The notes under the pieces: model-generated
The model's database searches: none
Told to the model about the DNA's origin: nothing
What the model saw: only the letters and a program-made list of their open reading frames with translations
Part shown: positions 28,393 through 36,791 of the stretch, one piece after another
Layout: the number at the start of each line of letters is the position of its first letter
Numbering within the stretch: the first letter of the stretch is position 1
Translations under genes and position numbers: made by a program
Assembly (NCBI GenBank): GCA_038125665.1
Contig: JAYPEI010000002.1
Coordinates: forward strand, 179,311-243,310
DNA length: 64,000 bases
Reading direction: 5' to 3'
From: Enterobacteriaceae bacterium
Lineage (GTDB): Bacteria; Pseudomonadota; Gammaproteobacteria; Pseudomonadales; Pseudohongiellaceae

Positions 28393-30009
28393 CTACTGAC
28401 CTCTTGCTAGCTGCTGTGAGTGTTCATCTTGTCTAGCTTGGAGCTGGGTATCTTGTAATTCTTCAAGGAGAGCAACAATTTCTTCAGGCCAGGCGGGCGG
28501 TTCCTCAAAATAAAATCCGGGCGTACCGCTAGGCCTAGGCATTTTTCTCACTTGATCGAGTGCGGTTTCTCCTTTGTTATTGGTTTGATCTAGCTGTGCA
28601 CCATGTGCCACCAATGCTTTAATGATCGTAGGATTAAGTTCTTTGACTGCGTAGTGCAAGGCAGTATCACCATCTGGGCCAGCAACTGTGACATCGGCAC
28701 CATGGCGCAGTAATAAATCAACAGCCATTTCAGGACTTCGAACACCCTCCTCCCTGTATGGAGGAGGACCATACCTTAGATCATTTGGGCCACCATCTAC
28801 ACCTACTCCATTGCCACCTCTGATCGCTGCCATCAATGCAGTTCTACTGGCGATGGTTTCTTCACCGTCAATGCCGACGCTGCGTGTTTGTGACTCTGGT
28901 TTCCAGTTGACATCTGCACCGTGTTGTAACATAAGCTCCATACCAGCAATGTCGGCGGCTTCTGCGGCACGATAAAAACCACTGACATTCACTTTAACGT
29001 CGCAGCACATTGAGGCGTTATGCATTTGACCAATGAATGGTTTATTTGGGTCTGCTCCTTTTTCTAACAATCTTCTGGTTAACTCCAGGGCGCTCAATTT
29101 ATTTTCAAAATCATGGCGATAAACTGTGCCATCTTGTGCGCGCCAATCAGTAGTTGCATCACGCATTACTGTTGCGTAATACAGTGAGCCATCATTTGCA
29201 TCAGCACCAAGTTCAAGCATATAGGCTGCGACATCCAGACGATCATTGACTACAGCCAGCATTAAGGGCGTGACTGAATCACCGTTGATGGGGCTAAGGG
29301 CGGCTCCATGTTCGACTAAAAGATCGATCATCTTCAAGTCACCATTGCGAACTGCCCAGTGTAAGGCCGCAAAACCGCCGCTTGTAAAGTCGGCATTTTT
29401 ACGTTTGGTCAACTCATTGACTCTAGTTTGTAAGTTTGGATCTGCATCATGATCTAGAAGAAATTTCGCGACATCATGATGGCCAGCTGCAACTGCCCAC
29501 ATCAAAGCGCTCTGTTGATCAAAAGCTTCTGTTTGATTGACTGGAGCACCATTTTCCAACAGTAGTTTCACTGTGTCTAAGGAACCTGATCGAGCACCTG
29601 CAAGGAGAACAGGCTCCGAAGTGAGATCATGTGATAAAACTTGAGCTCCTGCTTTGAGTAATAATGACAGTATTTCAGTTTCTCCGTTACGTGCAGCCTG
29701 TAACAAAGGGCTGATATCAAGGTTATTTGCAATGTTGGGATCGGCTCCAGCCGCTAGTAAAAGAGACGTCATCTCTTCCGAGCTGTTATAAACAGCCCAA
29801 AGAAGTGCTGAACTGCCATCGGGTGAGGTGCTGTTCACAGATGCCTTTGCGGAGTTGTTTTTTTGTAGAGCTTCTAGCTGAGTTTTAAGTGTATCGGCAT
29901 CGTTTTGACGAGCGCTATTAATCAAACTGTTATTAGCGAATACAACACTACTTATCAGTGAAGAGCACCCAAAAAATAAAGCGAATAGGATTGAACAAAA
30001 ACGCGACAT
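28393..30009 (-). CDS. secreted ankyrin-repeat protein, module B
   Basis: Signal peptide MSRFCSILFALFFGCSSLISSVVFA/NN, followed by ANK repeats such as ALMWAVAAGHHDVAKFLLDHDADPN and TPLMLAVVNDRLDVAAYMLELGADAN. Confidence 0.9.
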   Translation of the reverse strand: MSRFCSILFALFFGCSSLISSVVFANNSLINSARQNDADTLKTQLEALQKNNSAKASVNSTSPDGSSALLWAVYNSSEEMTSLLLAAGADPNIANNLDISPLLQAARNGETEILSLLLKAGAQVLSHDLTSEPVLLAGARSGSLDTVKLLLENGAPVNQTEAFDQQSALMWAVAAGHHDVAKFLLDHDADPNLQTRVNELTKRKNADFTSGGFAALHWAVRNGDLKMIDLLVEHGAALSPINGDSVTPLMLAVVNDRLDVAAYMLELGADANDGSLYYATVMRDATTDWRAQDGTVYRHDFENKLSALELTRRLLEKGADPNKPFIGQMHNASMCCDVKVNVSGFYRAAEAADIAGMELMLQHGADVNWKPESQTRSVGIDGEETIASRTALMAAIRGGNGVGVDGGPNDLRYGPPPYREEGVRSPEMAVDLLLRHGADVTVAGPDGDTALHYAVKELNPTIIKALVAHGAQLDQTNNKGETALDQVRKMPRPSGTPGFYFEEPPAWPEEIVALLEELQDTQLQARQDEHSQQLARGQ

Positions 30010-30315
30010 AACTACCCCCTCTGCGATGCCTTAAGGCAGCTTTAGCCAGGGTTGCAGCACTACTTGATGAAGCAGCTGTGGCGAGGCTGCGTGTCTTCTC
30101 TTGCCTGGATTTTTAACCTCGTATGATTGAAGTTTTCAGGCGCAAGTTTTTCGTAATACTTCTTCTTTATTAATATGCCATAGGATTTTTAAAGTAGGAA
30201 GTAATTGTTTGTGGATTTATTAAGATATTTTCTCGATAGATGAAAACTATCATATTGTTTTATAATGATTTTTATCTAGTTTGAGTGCCGTGTTTCAATA
30301 ATGACAGGCGGGAGT

Positions 30316-31218
30316 TCATCTTAATCTTTTGGCTCCAATCACTTTTCTCCTAAGCCAAAGATAAACACCACTTATCAGCAAGAAAGTTGGTAGCGTACTG
30401 GCAAGTACCCATAGCAGGTCTGAAGTGAGCCCCTCACCGAATTGACCAAAGTGCATCTCTTGGAAGAATTGCAGCATGGTTACTAGGAGACTCTCAGGAT
30501 CCCCGGGCTCTATTCCCAAGCTAAAGAGCCAGCTCCGTACAAGAGGGCCCTGTCCGAGTTGAAAACCACTGATTCCCCAAGCTAGAACAAGAGTGAAGCC
30601 CCAGAAACCAAGAAAGCTATGAAGTTGCCAAAGTATGTTATTTTTATTGCGTGGGCTAACGATGAAACTAGACCAAAACCGAGATCGTCCTCGCCACCAA
30701 AGAAATAAACCTGAGACGCTCATCACTACAAAACTCAATGCGGCGTAACCATTAAGACGTCGCCCAGGGAGATCCATAAATAAATCTGCATGGACGGAGC
30801 CAAGTAGTTCCACCATCTTGATCGGAAAGGGATTAGCTACTCCCTGATCCTTGCCGGTGTACTGATTAAAATAGTGTGGGAAGTATTCTCCGTCCTTGTT
30901 TAGTACGATATAGGTGGCTTCATTTTCATCATAAGCTTCCATGAGAAAACCAAGCTCATAACCTGCATAGACTTCTTGCATAATCTCACGTAGAGCTTGC
31001 CCTGTAAGTGGCTCTGTTTGTGCTGGGTGGTGATCTAGCAGTTTAGGTTCAAACCACCGATAAAAAGGAGGCTTTAGGAGTAAAGCTGTGCCGCTCAGGC
31101 TGATCACTAGTACATATAGACTGAGTAAGATGCCAATCCAAAGATGAATTTGAAATATAATTTTTCTCAGCCAATGTGTTTGGGGCGCCTTATAAAGCTG
31201 TTCCAGGGTATTCATCAA
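30316..31218 (-). CDS. PepSY-associated TM-helix domain membrane protein
   Basis: N-terminal WLRKIIFQIHLWIGILLSLYVLVISLSGTALL and a 4-TM layout with conserved His residues, typical of PiuB/FoxB-like proteins. Confidence 0.7.
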   Translation of the reverse strand: MMNTLEQLYKAPQTHWLRKIIFQIHLWIGILLSLYVLVISLSGTALLLKPPFYRWFEPKLLDHHPAQTEPLTGQALREIMQEVYAGYELGFLMEAYDENEATYIVLNKDGEYFPHYFNQYTGKDQGVANPFPIKMVELLGSVHADLFMDLPGRRLNGYAALSFVVMSVSGLFLWWRGRSRFWSSFIVSPRNKNNILWQLHSFLGFWGFTLVLAWGISGFQLGQGPLVRSWLFSLGIEPGDPESLLVTMLQFFQEMHFGQFGEGLTSDLLWVLASTLPTFLLISGVYLWLRRKVIGAKRLR

Positions 31219-31747
31219 TAAGCTGCTTTTAATGTAATTAATTCTGAGTTAGATACTTAACCACTTCTTCGAGTTCGTTGTTGTTTATTTATGTTTATCT
31301 TGTCATGGACATACAAAAAAAGTCCTACATGTAAAACAGTGCGAATTAACTCTTCACTTATGTCTTGTCTTTCTGTCAGGATCCCTCCATCTCGAAGAGC
31401 TTGTGACCTTGCTCTGCTATCGGAGTCATCAATAGAGGAAAATTTTCACAATACGAATGTTAAGAGTTTTTAGCAAGAGTTGTTGCTGGAAGGAAAGAAT
31501 ATTTACTGAGGTTGATTATTTCTTATAGGTCACGACATAAACCTGTGTTTAGTAATTGTCGGCGCTTAGAAGATCTATTCTTTTTTTGATACTAACCATA
31601 ATCAATTTTTTTATTTTTTCTGGGACTGAATTTAGCCTCATTATCAACACAATGAAAAGTCCTCAACGATATAACTGAGATTCTGTCGTATTCTTAGTTA
31701 ACACTATGATAATTTAGTATGAAGACTAGACCACAAGGGCGCTGCAT

Positions 31748-33043
31748 ATGCATCAATCCAGGAAGTTAAAAATTTTTCTAATGGCTGTATCAATTATTTG
31801 CGCTAGGGGCTTTGGGCAGATACCCATCCCTACCGGCTCTGGGCCAGCGTTCGATGGACAAACAGGTGCCCCAGCGCCTTCTCAGCCATCTCGCTTTCAG
31901 GTGGAAGTCATTACTGAGGATCTCAGTGGTCCATGGTCTCTGGCCTTTCTTCCGGGTGGACATTTCCTATTCACTGATACCACAGGAAGTATGCGCACGA
32001 TTTCTCCTGCAGGTAATGTTTCTGAGCCCATACAAGGGGTCCCTGCTATTAAACGAGTGGCTGCTGAAGGATTACATGATGTCGTTTTAGATCCTGAATT
32101 TAGTACAAATCGGTATATTTATTTTACTTATCTCGCGCCACCCAAGGGTGAGGAGAGGGACAAAGTGTGGCCGATCACTCACTGGTACGAAGATGTATGG
32201 AATCTTTCACTTGCAGAGAGGCGAGCACTGGATCTTGGTACAGAGCGCATCGCCAGAGCTAAACTCAGCGAAGACTTATCCTCCTTAGATGATTTTGAAG
32301 TGCTTGCTGAAACACGTACAGAACGTCGTCTTGTGTTTGCGCCAGACGGTACTTTGTTTGGTATAGGTGCTGATGCTTTCAGATTTTATGATTCGGAACT
32401 CGATACTGTAGAAGGACGTGATTTTCTAGATGAGCCAGATATACCCCGAAATTTCTCTGGTCGTGTAGTTCGCATTAATAAAGATGGAACTATTCCCGGT
32501 GATAACCCTTGGCTTGGAAGAGCGACAGTTAGTAGGGAGACATTTGCTCATGGTTTAAAAGATCCAGAAGGTGGTGCCATTAATCCATCAACAGGAGAGC
32601 TGTGGGTCGTGGATCATGGTCCACAAGGTGGAGATGAAATTAACATCATAAAAGCAGGCTCAGACTATGGCTGGCCGAATTATTCCTACGGAGTCCAGTA
32701 TGATGCCAGACAATCAGATGGTCGACGGAATGTACCCGTGGGCACTGGGTTGAGTCGCGGGCCTGGTATGACAGAACCTATCTATTACTGGGTGCCTTCT
32801 ATAGCTCCTTCAGGTATGGCTTTCTACGATGGTGATCTTTTTCCCGAGTGGCAGGGTAATTTATTTGTTGGAGCCTTGTCAGGCCAGGCACTTATCCGAC
32901 TTGTGCTAGAGGGAGAAAAAGTCGTTGCTGAGGAGCGCCTTCTTGAGTCCTTAGGACAGCGCTTTAGGGAAGTCCGAGTTGGCCCCGAAGGAGCGCTTTA
33001 TGTTTTTGCAGGTAACTCTCTACTCAGACTCATCCCTGAGTAA
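31748..33043 (+). CDS. PQQ-dependent sugar (glucose/sorbosone) dehydrogenase, soluble beta-propeller type
   Basis: It has a signal peptide and the motifs GLHDVVLDPEF, FAPDGTLF and HGLKDPEGGAINPSTGELWVVDHGPQGGDEINIIKAGSDYGWP. Confidence 0.85.
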   Translation: MHQSRKLKIFLMAVSIICARGFGQIPIPTGSGPAFDGQTGAPAPSQPSRFQVEVITEDLSGPWSLAFLPGGHFLFTDTTGSMRTISPAGNVSEPIQGVPAIKRVAAEGLHDVVLDPEFSTNRYIYFTYLAPPKGEERDKVWPITHWYEDVWNLSLAERRALDLGTERIARAKLSEDLSSLDDFEVLAETRTERRLVFAPDGTLFGIGADAFRFYDSELDTVEGRDFLDEPDIPRNFSGRVVRINKDGTIPGDNPWLGRATVSRETFAHGLKDPEGGAINPSTGELWVVDHGPQGGDEINIIKAGSDYGWPNYSYGVQYDARQSDGRRNVPVGTGLSRGPGMTEPIYYWVPSIAPSGMAFYDGDLFPEWQGNLFVGALSGQALIRLVLEGEKVVAEERLLESLGQRFREVRVGPEGALYVFAGNSLLRLIPE

Positions 33044-33084
33044 AAAGCGAACAGCATTGACTTCATGATTGAGCAAGCTTCTTT

Positions 33085-35430
33085 TTATGAGGCCTGCTCT
33101 TTCAAAGCAGCTAAGACCTTTTCAGCACGGAAAGGGACGGACCGTAGTCTAAGACCAGTTGCATCGAATATTGCATTGGCAATAGCGGCGATCATTGGTT
33201 TATGACTAGCTTCACCGGCACCGTAGTGTGGAAGATCTGGTCTGTCAGGTGAGGGGTCTCCATTGACAATGATCACATCAATTGATTCGGGAGTGTCCGA
33301 GTGACGCATAGTAGGGTGTGAGATCCAGTCGGTACTGGTCACTTTCTCTTCGTCGAACTGGACCTCCTCCCACAATGCACGGCTCAGACCATGCAGCATG
33401 CCACATTCTACTGTGTACTTTAGGTTTGTAGGGTTGATGACCAAGCCACAATCATGAGCACATACGAGTCGTTTGACAAACACTCTTCCTGTTAGAGTAT
33501 TCACTTCGGTCTCAGCCATAACAGTGACTACCGTGCCATTACGATAGGTATATGCAACACCTTGACCGAGTAGCACTTCATTGCGAGACGACCCCGATGG
33601 GGCTGACCCTTGGCCCCAACCAAAACTTTGCGCTGCCGCCTTTAATGTTGCCAGAGAGCGTGCTCTTCGGAAGCGATTGTCTTCCGGCATGGCAGTAATT
33701 AGCTGCATTCGGAAATCTACTGGGTCTACCTTTGCCGCTGCAGCCATTTCATCAATAAAGGACTCAAAAGCAAAAGTGACTTGCGGACCATTAGGGTCTC
33801 TCAAATTACCGCAACGAAGTGGGGTTTCCCAGATTTGAGGTAAGCTAACTATATGTCCAGTGAGTTTTTGATTTGGAATTGCATAAAGGATATCTGGTGT
33901 TGGTGCCGAGCCTGGTGCAGGTGTTGGTGTACGTCTTCCCATCAGTTGAGCAATCAGTACGGTGTTAGGGTCGTTGTACCAGAGGTGATTATAGTCTAGC
34001 GCACGAGCCTCATATTCAAGTGCGGTTGGCTTGTTTTCATCATCTAAAGCTCCTCGTAAGCGGAACGTGAATGCAGGTCCCTTGGTATCCCAAGCAGTTT
34101 CCTCCGCACGAGACCACTGAACGCGGACGGGTATGCCTAATTCGTGTGCCAGGAAGGCAGCTTCAAAGCCTGCATCATCGGCAGCAGTGCGGCCATAGAC
34201 CTGCGGACCATCCATGTACACCACGCGCACTTTCTCACGAGGTAGATTAAGGAACTCTGCCACACCATTGCGTAGACCATAAGTTTTCATATCATTAGAA
34301 TAAATGGTTAGCTGACCATCAGAGGGATCTGCCATTGCATGAGCAGGCCCAATGGCTGTGTGTCCTTGGAAGGGGACCTCGTAATCAGCTTCAATTACTC
34401 TCGCTGCAGAGGCAAAGGCAGCTTCGGGCTCGCCGTTAACTAAGTCTTGGCCAATGACTGCAGGTTCTTGCTCTCGGATATATGAAAAGAGCTTTTGTGA
34501 CGAAGGAAAAGCAGGTTTTGTTGGTTTTTGCCAAGCAACTTTCAAATCACTTGCACCAGCTATTGCTTGTTCTTCACGTTCAAAAACCACTGCTAGATAA
34601 TTTCCACGATGAACAACAGCAACAAAACCCTGTTTTCCAGAGATTGAACTCTCATCCACACTGATTATTTTTGCTCCAGCTACAGGGGGGCGAACATGTC
34701 TAGCATGCACCATGCCCGGTACTGTCATATCCACTGCCCAAGTAAGCGATCCATCTACTTTGGGGGGTATATCGTAACGCTGGATGGATTGACCTATTAG
34801 TTGTAAGTCCTGCACTTTTTTTACATCTGCTTGGCCTTTTGTTGCGTTGATGTTAGCGCCCGAAAGTGTAATATCGAAACGTTTACCTCCAACTAATTGG
34901 GCATAAGTCACTGTACGTGAGGGATCTTGAATGAGATAAATGACACCATTACTTACGTCGAGTTCACCGACATCAACCCCAAATTCCGTGGATGCTAGCT
35001 CCAAAAGAACTCGTCGAGCTTCTGCAGCAGTTCGACGCATCGGCCAACCGTCTACTTCTATGGCATCCGAGCCGCCCGAGCCCCCTTGATCTGGTGTGAT
35101 ATCTGTTCTGCCCATCACCAGGATGGTATCGGTATAAGCCATGTCCAACTCATCGGCCATCATTTGCCGAAAAGCAGTACCTGTACCTTGTCCACCATCG
35201 GTTTTGCCCACAAAAAAAGTAGCTGTATTGTCTGGGTGAATGACAATCCAGGTATCCAATTGCAGGTAATCTGGATCGGGATAAGTTCCAACACTAGCGG
35301 TTTGGGAGAAAACACTTTGTAACGTTCCAGAGCTAATAACTATTGCTCCTGAAGCCAACAAGAATTGCCGACGCGAGCTTGATGGCAGTTTTTGGCCAAG
35401 TACAGAGGCTATGTAAGTAGGGAATTTCAT
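33085..35430 (-). CDS. molybdopterin-binding large subunit (IorB / aldehyde oxidase family), Tat-type leader
   Basis: Leader SSRRQFLLASGAIVI. Size is 781 aa. It has xanthine dehydrogenase family beta-subunit organisation and a 4-nt overlap with the small-subunit gene. Confidence 0.85.
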   Translation of the reverse strand: MKFPTYIASVLGQKLPSSSRRQFLLASGAIVISSGTLQSVFSQTASVGTYPDPDYLQLDTWIVIHPDNTATFFVGKTDGGQGTGTAFRQMMADELDMAYTDTILVMGRTDITPDQGGSGGSDAIEVDGWPMRRTAAEARRVLLELASTEFGVDVGELDVSNGVIYLIQDPSRTVTYAQLVGGKRFDITLSGANINATKGQADVKKVQDLQLIGQSIQRYDIPPKVDGSLTWAVDMTVPGMVHARHVRPPVAGAKIISVDESSISGKQGFVAVVHRGNYLAVVFEREEQAIAGASDLKVAWQKPTKPAFPSSQKLFSYIREQEPAVIGQDLVNGEPEAAFASAARVIEADYEVPFQGHTAIGPAHAMADPSDGQLTIYSNDMKTYGLRNGVAEFLNLPREKVRVVYMDGPQVYGRTAADDAGFEAAFLAHELGIPVRVQWSRAEETAWDTKGPAFTFRLRGALDDENKPTALEYEARALDYNHLWYNDPNTVLIAQLMGRRTPTPAPGSAPTPDILYAIPNQKLTGHIVSLPQIWETPLRCGNLRDPNGPQVTFAFESFIDEMAAAAKVDPVDFRMQLITAMPEDNRFRRARSLATLKAAAQSFGWGQGSAPSGSSRNEVLLGQGVAYTYRNGTVVTVMAETEVNTLTGRVFVKRLVCAHDCGLVINPTNLKYTVECGMLHGLSRALWEEVQFDEEKVTSTDWISHPTMRHSDTPESIDVIIVNGDPSPDRPDLPHYGAGEASHKPMIAAIANAIFDATGLRLRSVPFRAEKVLAALKEQAS

Positions 35431-35960
35431 GAGCTAACCCCCACAGTACTTGTCTCAGACATGGCATCAACAAACTCAGTAGGTTTAGGTTGTGTATTTG
35501 CTATCTGTTTTTTGGCGGCATCTTTAATAGCGGCATGTATTCTGAAATAGCTCATACAACGGCATAAAACACCTTCCATGCCAGCTCTGATTTCTGCATC
35601 ACTGGGGTTGGGATTGTTATTTAGAAGGACCCGCGCTGTGAGTAATTGACCATTCTGACAATACCCACATTGAGGAACCTGATGATCTACCCATGCCTGC
35701 TGAAGAAGATCCAATTGTCCGGACTTCGAGAGTCCTTCAAGTGTCGTGATTTTACCAGTGACATTGGCTACAGGTAATAAGCAGGTACGTACTGCTCTAC
35801 CATCAATAATTGCAGTACAAGCTCCACATTGTCCTAAGCCGCAACCGAAGTGTGGGCCCTTTAGATGAAGATCATTACGCAGCACATAGAGCAAAGGAGT
35901 AGAAGGATCTACATCTACCTGATGATTATTGCCGTTAACTGTAAGCTGGTAGATCGGCAT
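35427..35960 (-). CDS. (2Fe-2S)-binding small subunit of a Moco dehydrogenase
   Basis: Cysteine clusters CGLGQCGACTA, CGYCQNGQ and CRCMSY. ATG at 35960 is preceded by GGAG, so it is preferred over the track's TTG at 35972. Confidence 0.9.
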   Translation of the reverse strand: MPIYQLTVNGNNHQVDVDPSTPLLYVLRNDLHLKGPHFGCGLGQCGACTAIIDGRAVRTCLLPVANVTGKITTLEGLSKSGQLDLLQQAWVDHQVPQCGYCQNGQLLTARVLLNNNPNPSDAEIRAGMEGVLCRCMSYFRIHAAIKDAAKKQIANTQPKPTEFVDAMSETSTVGVSS

Positions 35961-36104
35961 AACAGGCTCCAAGAATGAAAATTTTCAAACTGTAGATTAC
36001 TGGATGGGTCAAGGGAATTCAATTGACTAGGTTGTTTAGCAGACTGCTAGTTCTTCATTTAGAAACTTGAGTGAAGATGCTTACTAATATTCCATTCAAA
36101 TATC

Positions 36105-36494
36105 TTAGTCCTCTGCTTCTTGGTTAATCATATAAAGTACAGCGGAGGAGATTTCTGCATCAGAAAGATCAGGCCTACCTCCCTTCCTGGGCATGATGCC
36201 AAACTTGCCAGAGTAGCCATTTAAGGCATGACTGATTAATGTCTCAAGACCTTGTGTGAGTCTTGGTGCCCAGTCTGCTTCGCTACGAAAAGCAGGGGCT
36301 CCCCCAAGACCAGGCGGTGAATGGCAGGCGATACAAACATTTTCATAGACTCGTTGCCCATTGAGTTGCTTTTTATTTGTCATTTCAGAGGGATGACTTA
36401 CCTCTTGGGCACTTGCTGAGTATAAGGTACAACTGTCTAAAAGTATTATAAAAAAAATTAATATTAGAGTAGCGTTTAATTTCTTCTTGGCCAT
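36105..36494 (-). CDS. c-type cytochrome (cytochrome c5-like), probable electron acceptor of the downstream dehydrogenase
   Basis: It has a signal peptide, a single CIACH heme motif, and a distal MP(R)KGG and SDAEISSAVLYM typical of c5-type cytochromes. Confidence 0.8.
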   Translation of the reverse strand: MAKKKLNATLILIFFIILLDSCTLYSASAQEVSHPSEMTNKKQLNGQRVYENVCIACHSPPGLGGAPAFRSEADWAPRLTQGLETLISHALNGYSGKFGIMPRKGGRPDLSDAEISSAVLYMINQEAED

Positions 36495-36662
36495 TGCGTG
36501 GTCTTCAATAATAATTAGTTTTAAGTTATCGATTTAACTCCAACGAAACCAGATTATATCAGAGCAAAAAGAGTAAAAATCATTAATTATGTTTGGGTGG
36601 GTTTACAAAGGTGTTTGTTATGGTTAATTTTTCCTTAAAATACTCACAATAAAGATAAAACT

Positions 36663-36682
36663 TACCTTGATGTATCAAGGTA
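36663..36682. repeat. perfect 20-bp palindrome TACCTTGAT-gt-ATCAAGGTA upstream of the first G8 gene (candidate operator)
   Basis: Read directly from the sequence. It lies 110 nt upstream of ATG 36792, within the 297-bp divergent intergenic region. Confidence 0.35.
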
Positions 36683-36791
36683 CATGGCAATTCAGTATTT
36701 GTGAGTTGGCTCTGAAATCCGAGAAAGAGACCTTATAAGCCGATCAAAAAGATAAAGTATTCAACTAAAGTGCCAAAGAAGAGTTTAAATC

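Noticed and set aside
30027-30038. 12-bp palindrome TGCCTTAAGGCA in the leader of the module B operon, 17 nt upstream of the ankyrin start
   Set aside because: It is short, can form only a 4-bp stem, and such a palindrome is expected by chance. I do not treat it as a regulatory element.
31291-31473. 60-aa ORF in the 529-bp intergenic region
   Set aside because: There is no Shine-Dalgarno sequence, the composition is odd (Cys/Ser-rich), and I see no recognisable family. I treat it as non-coding.
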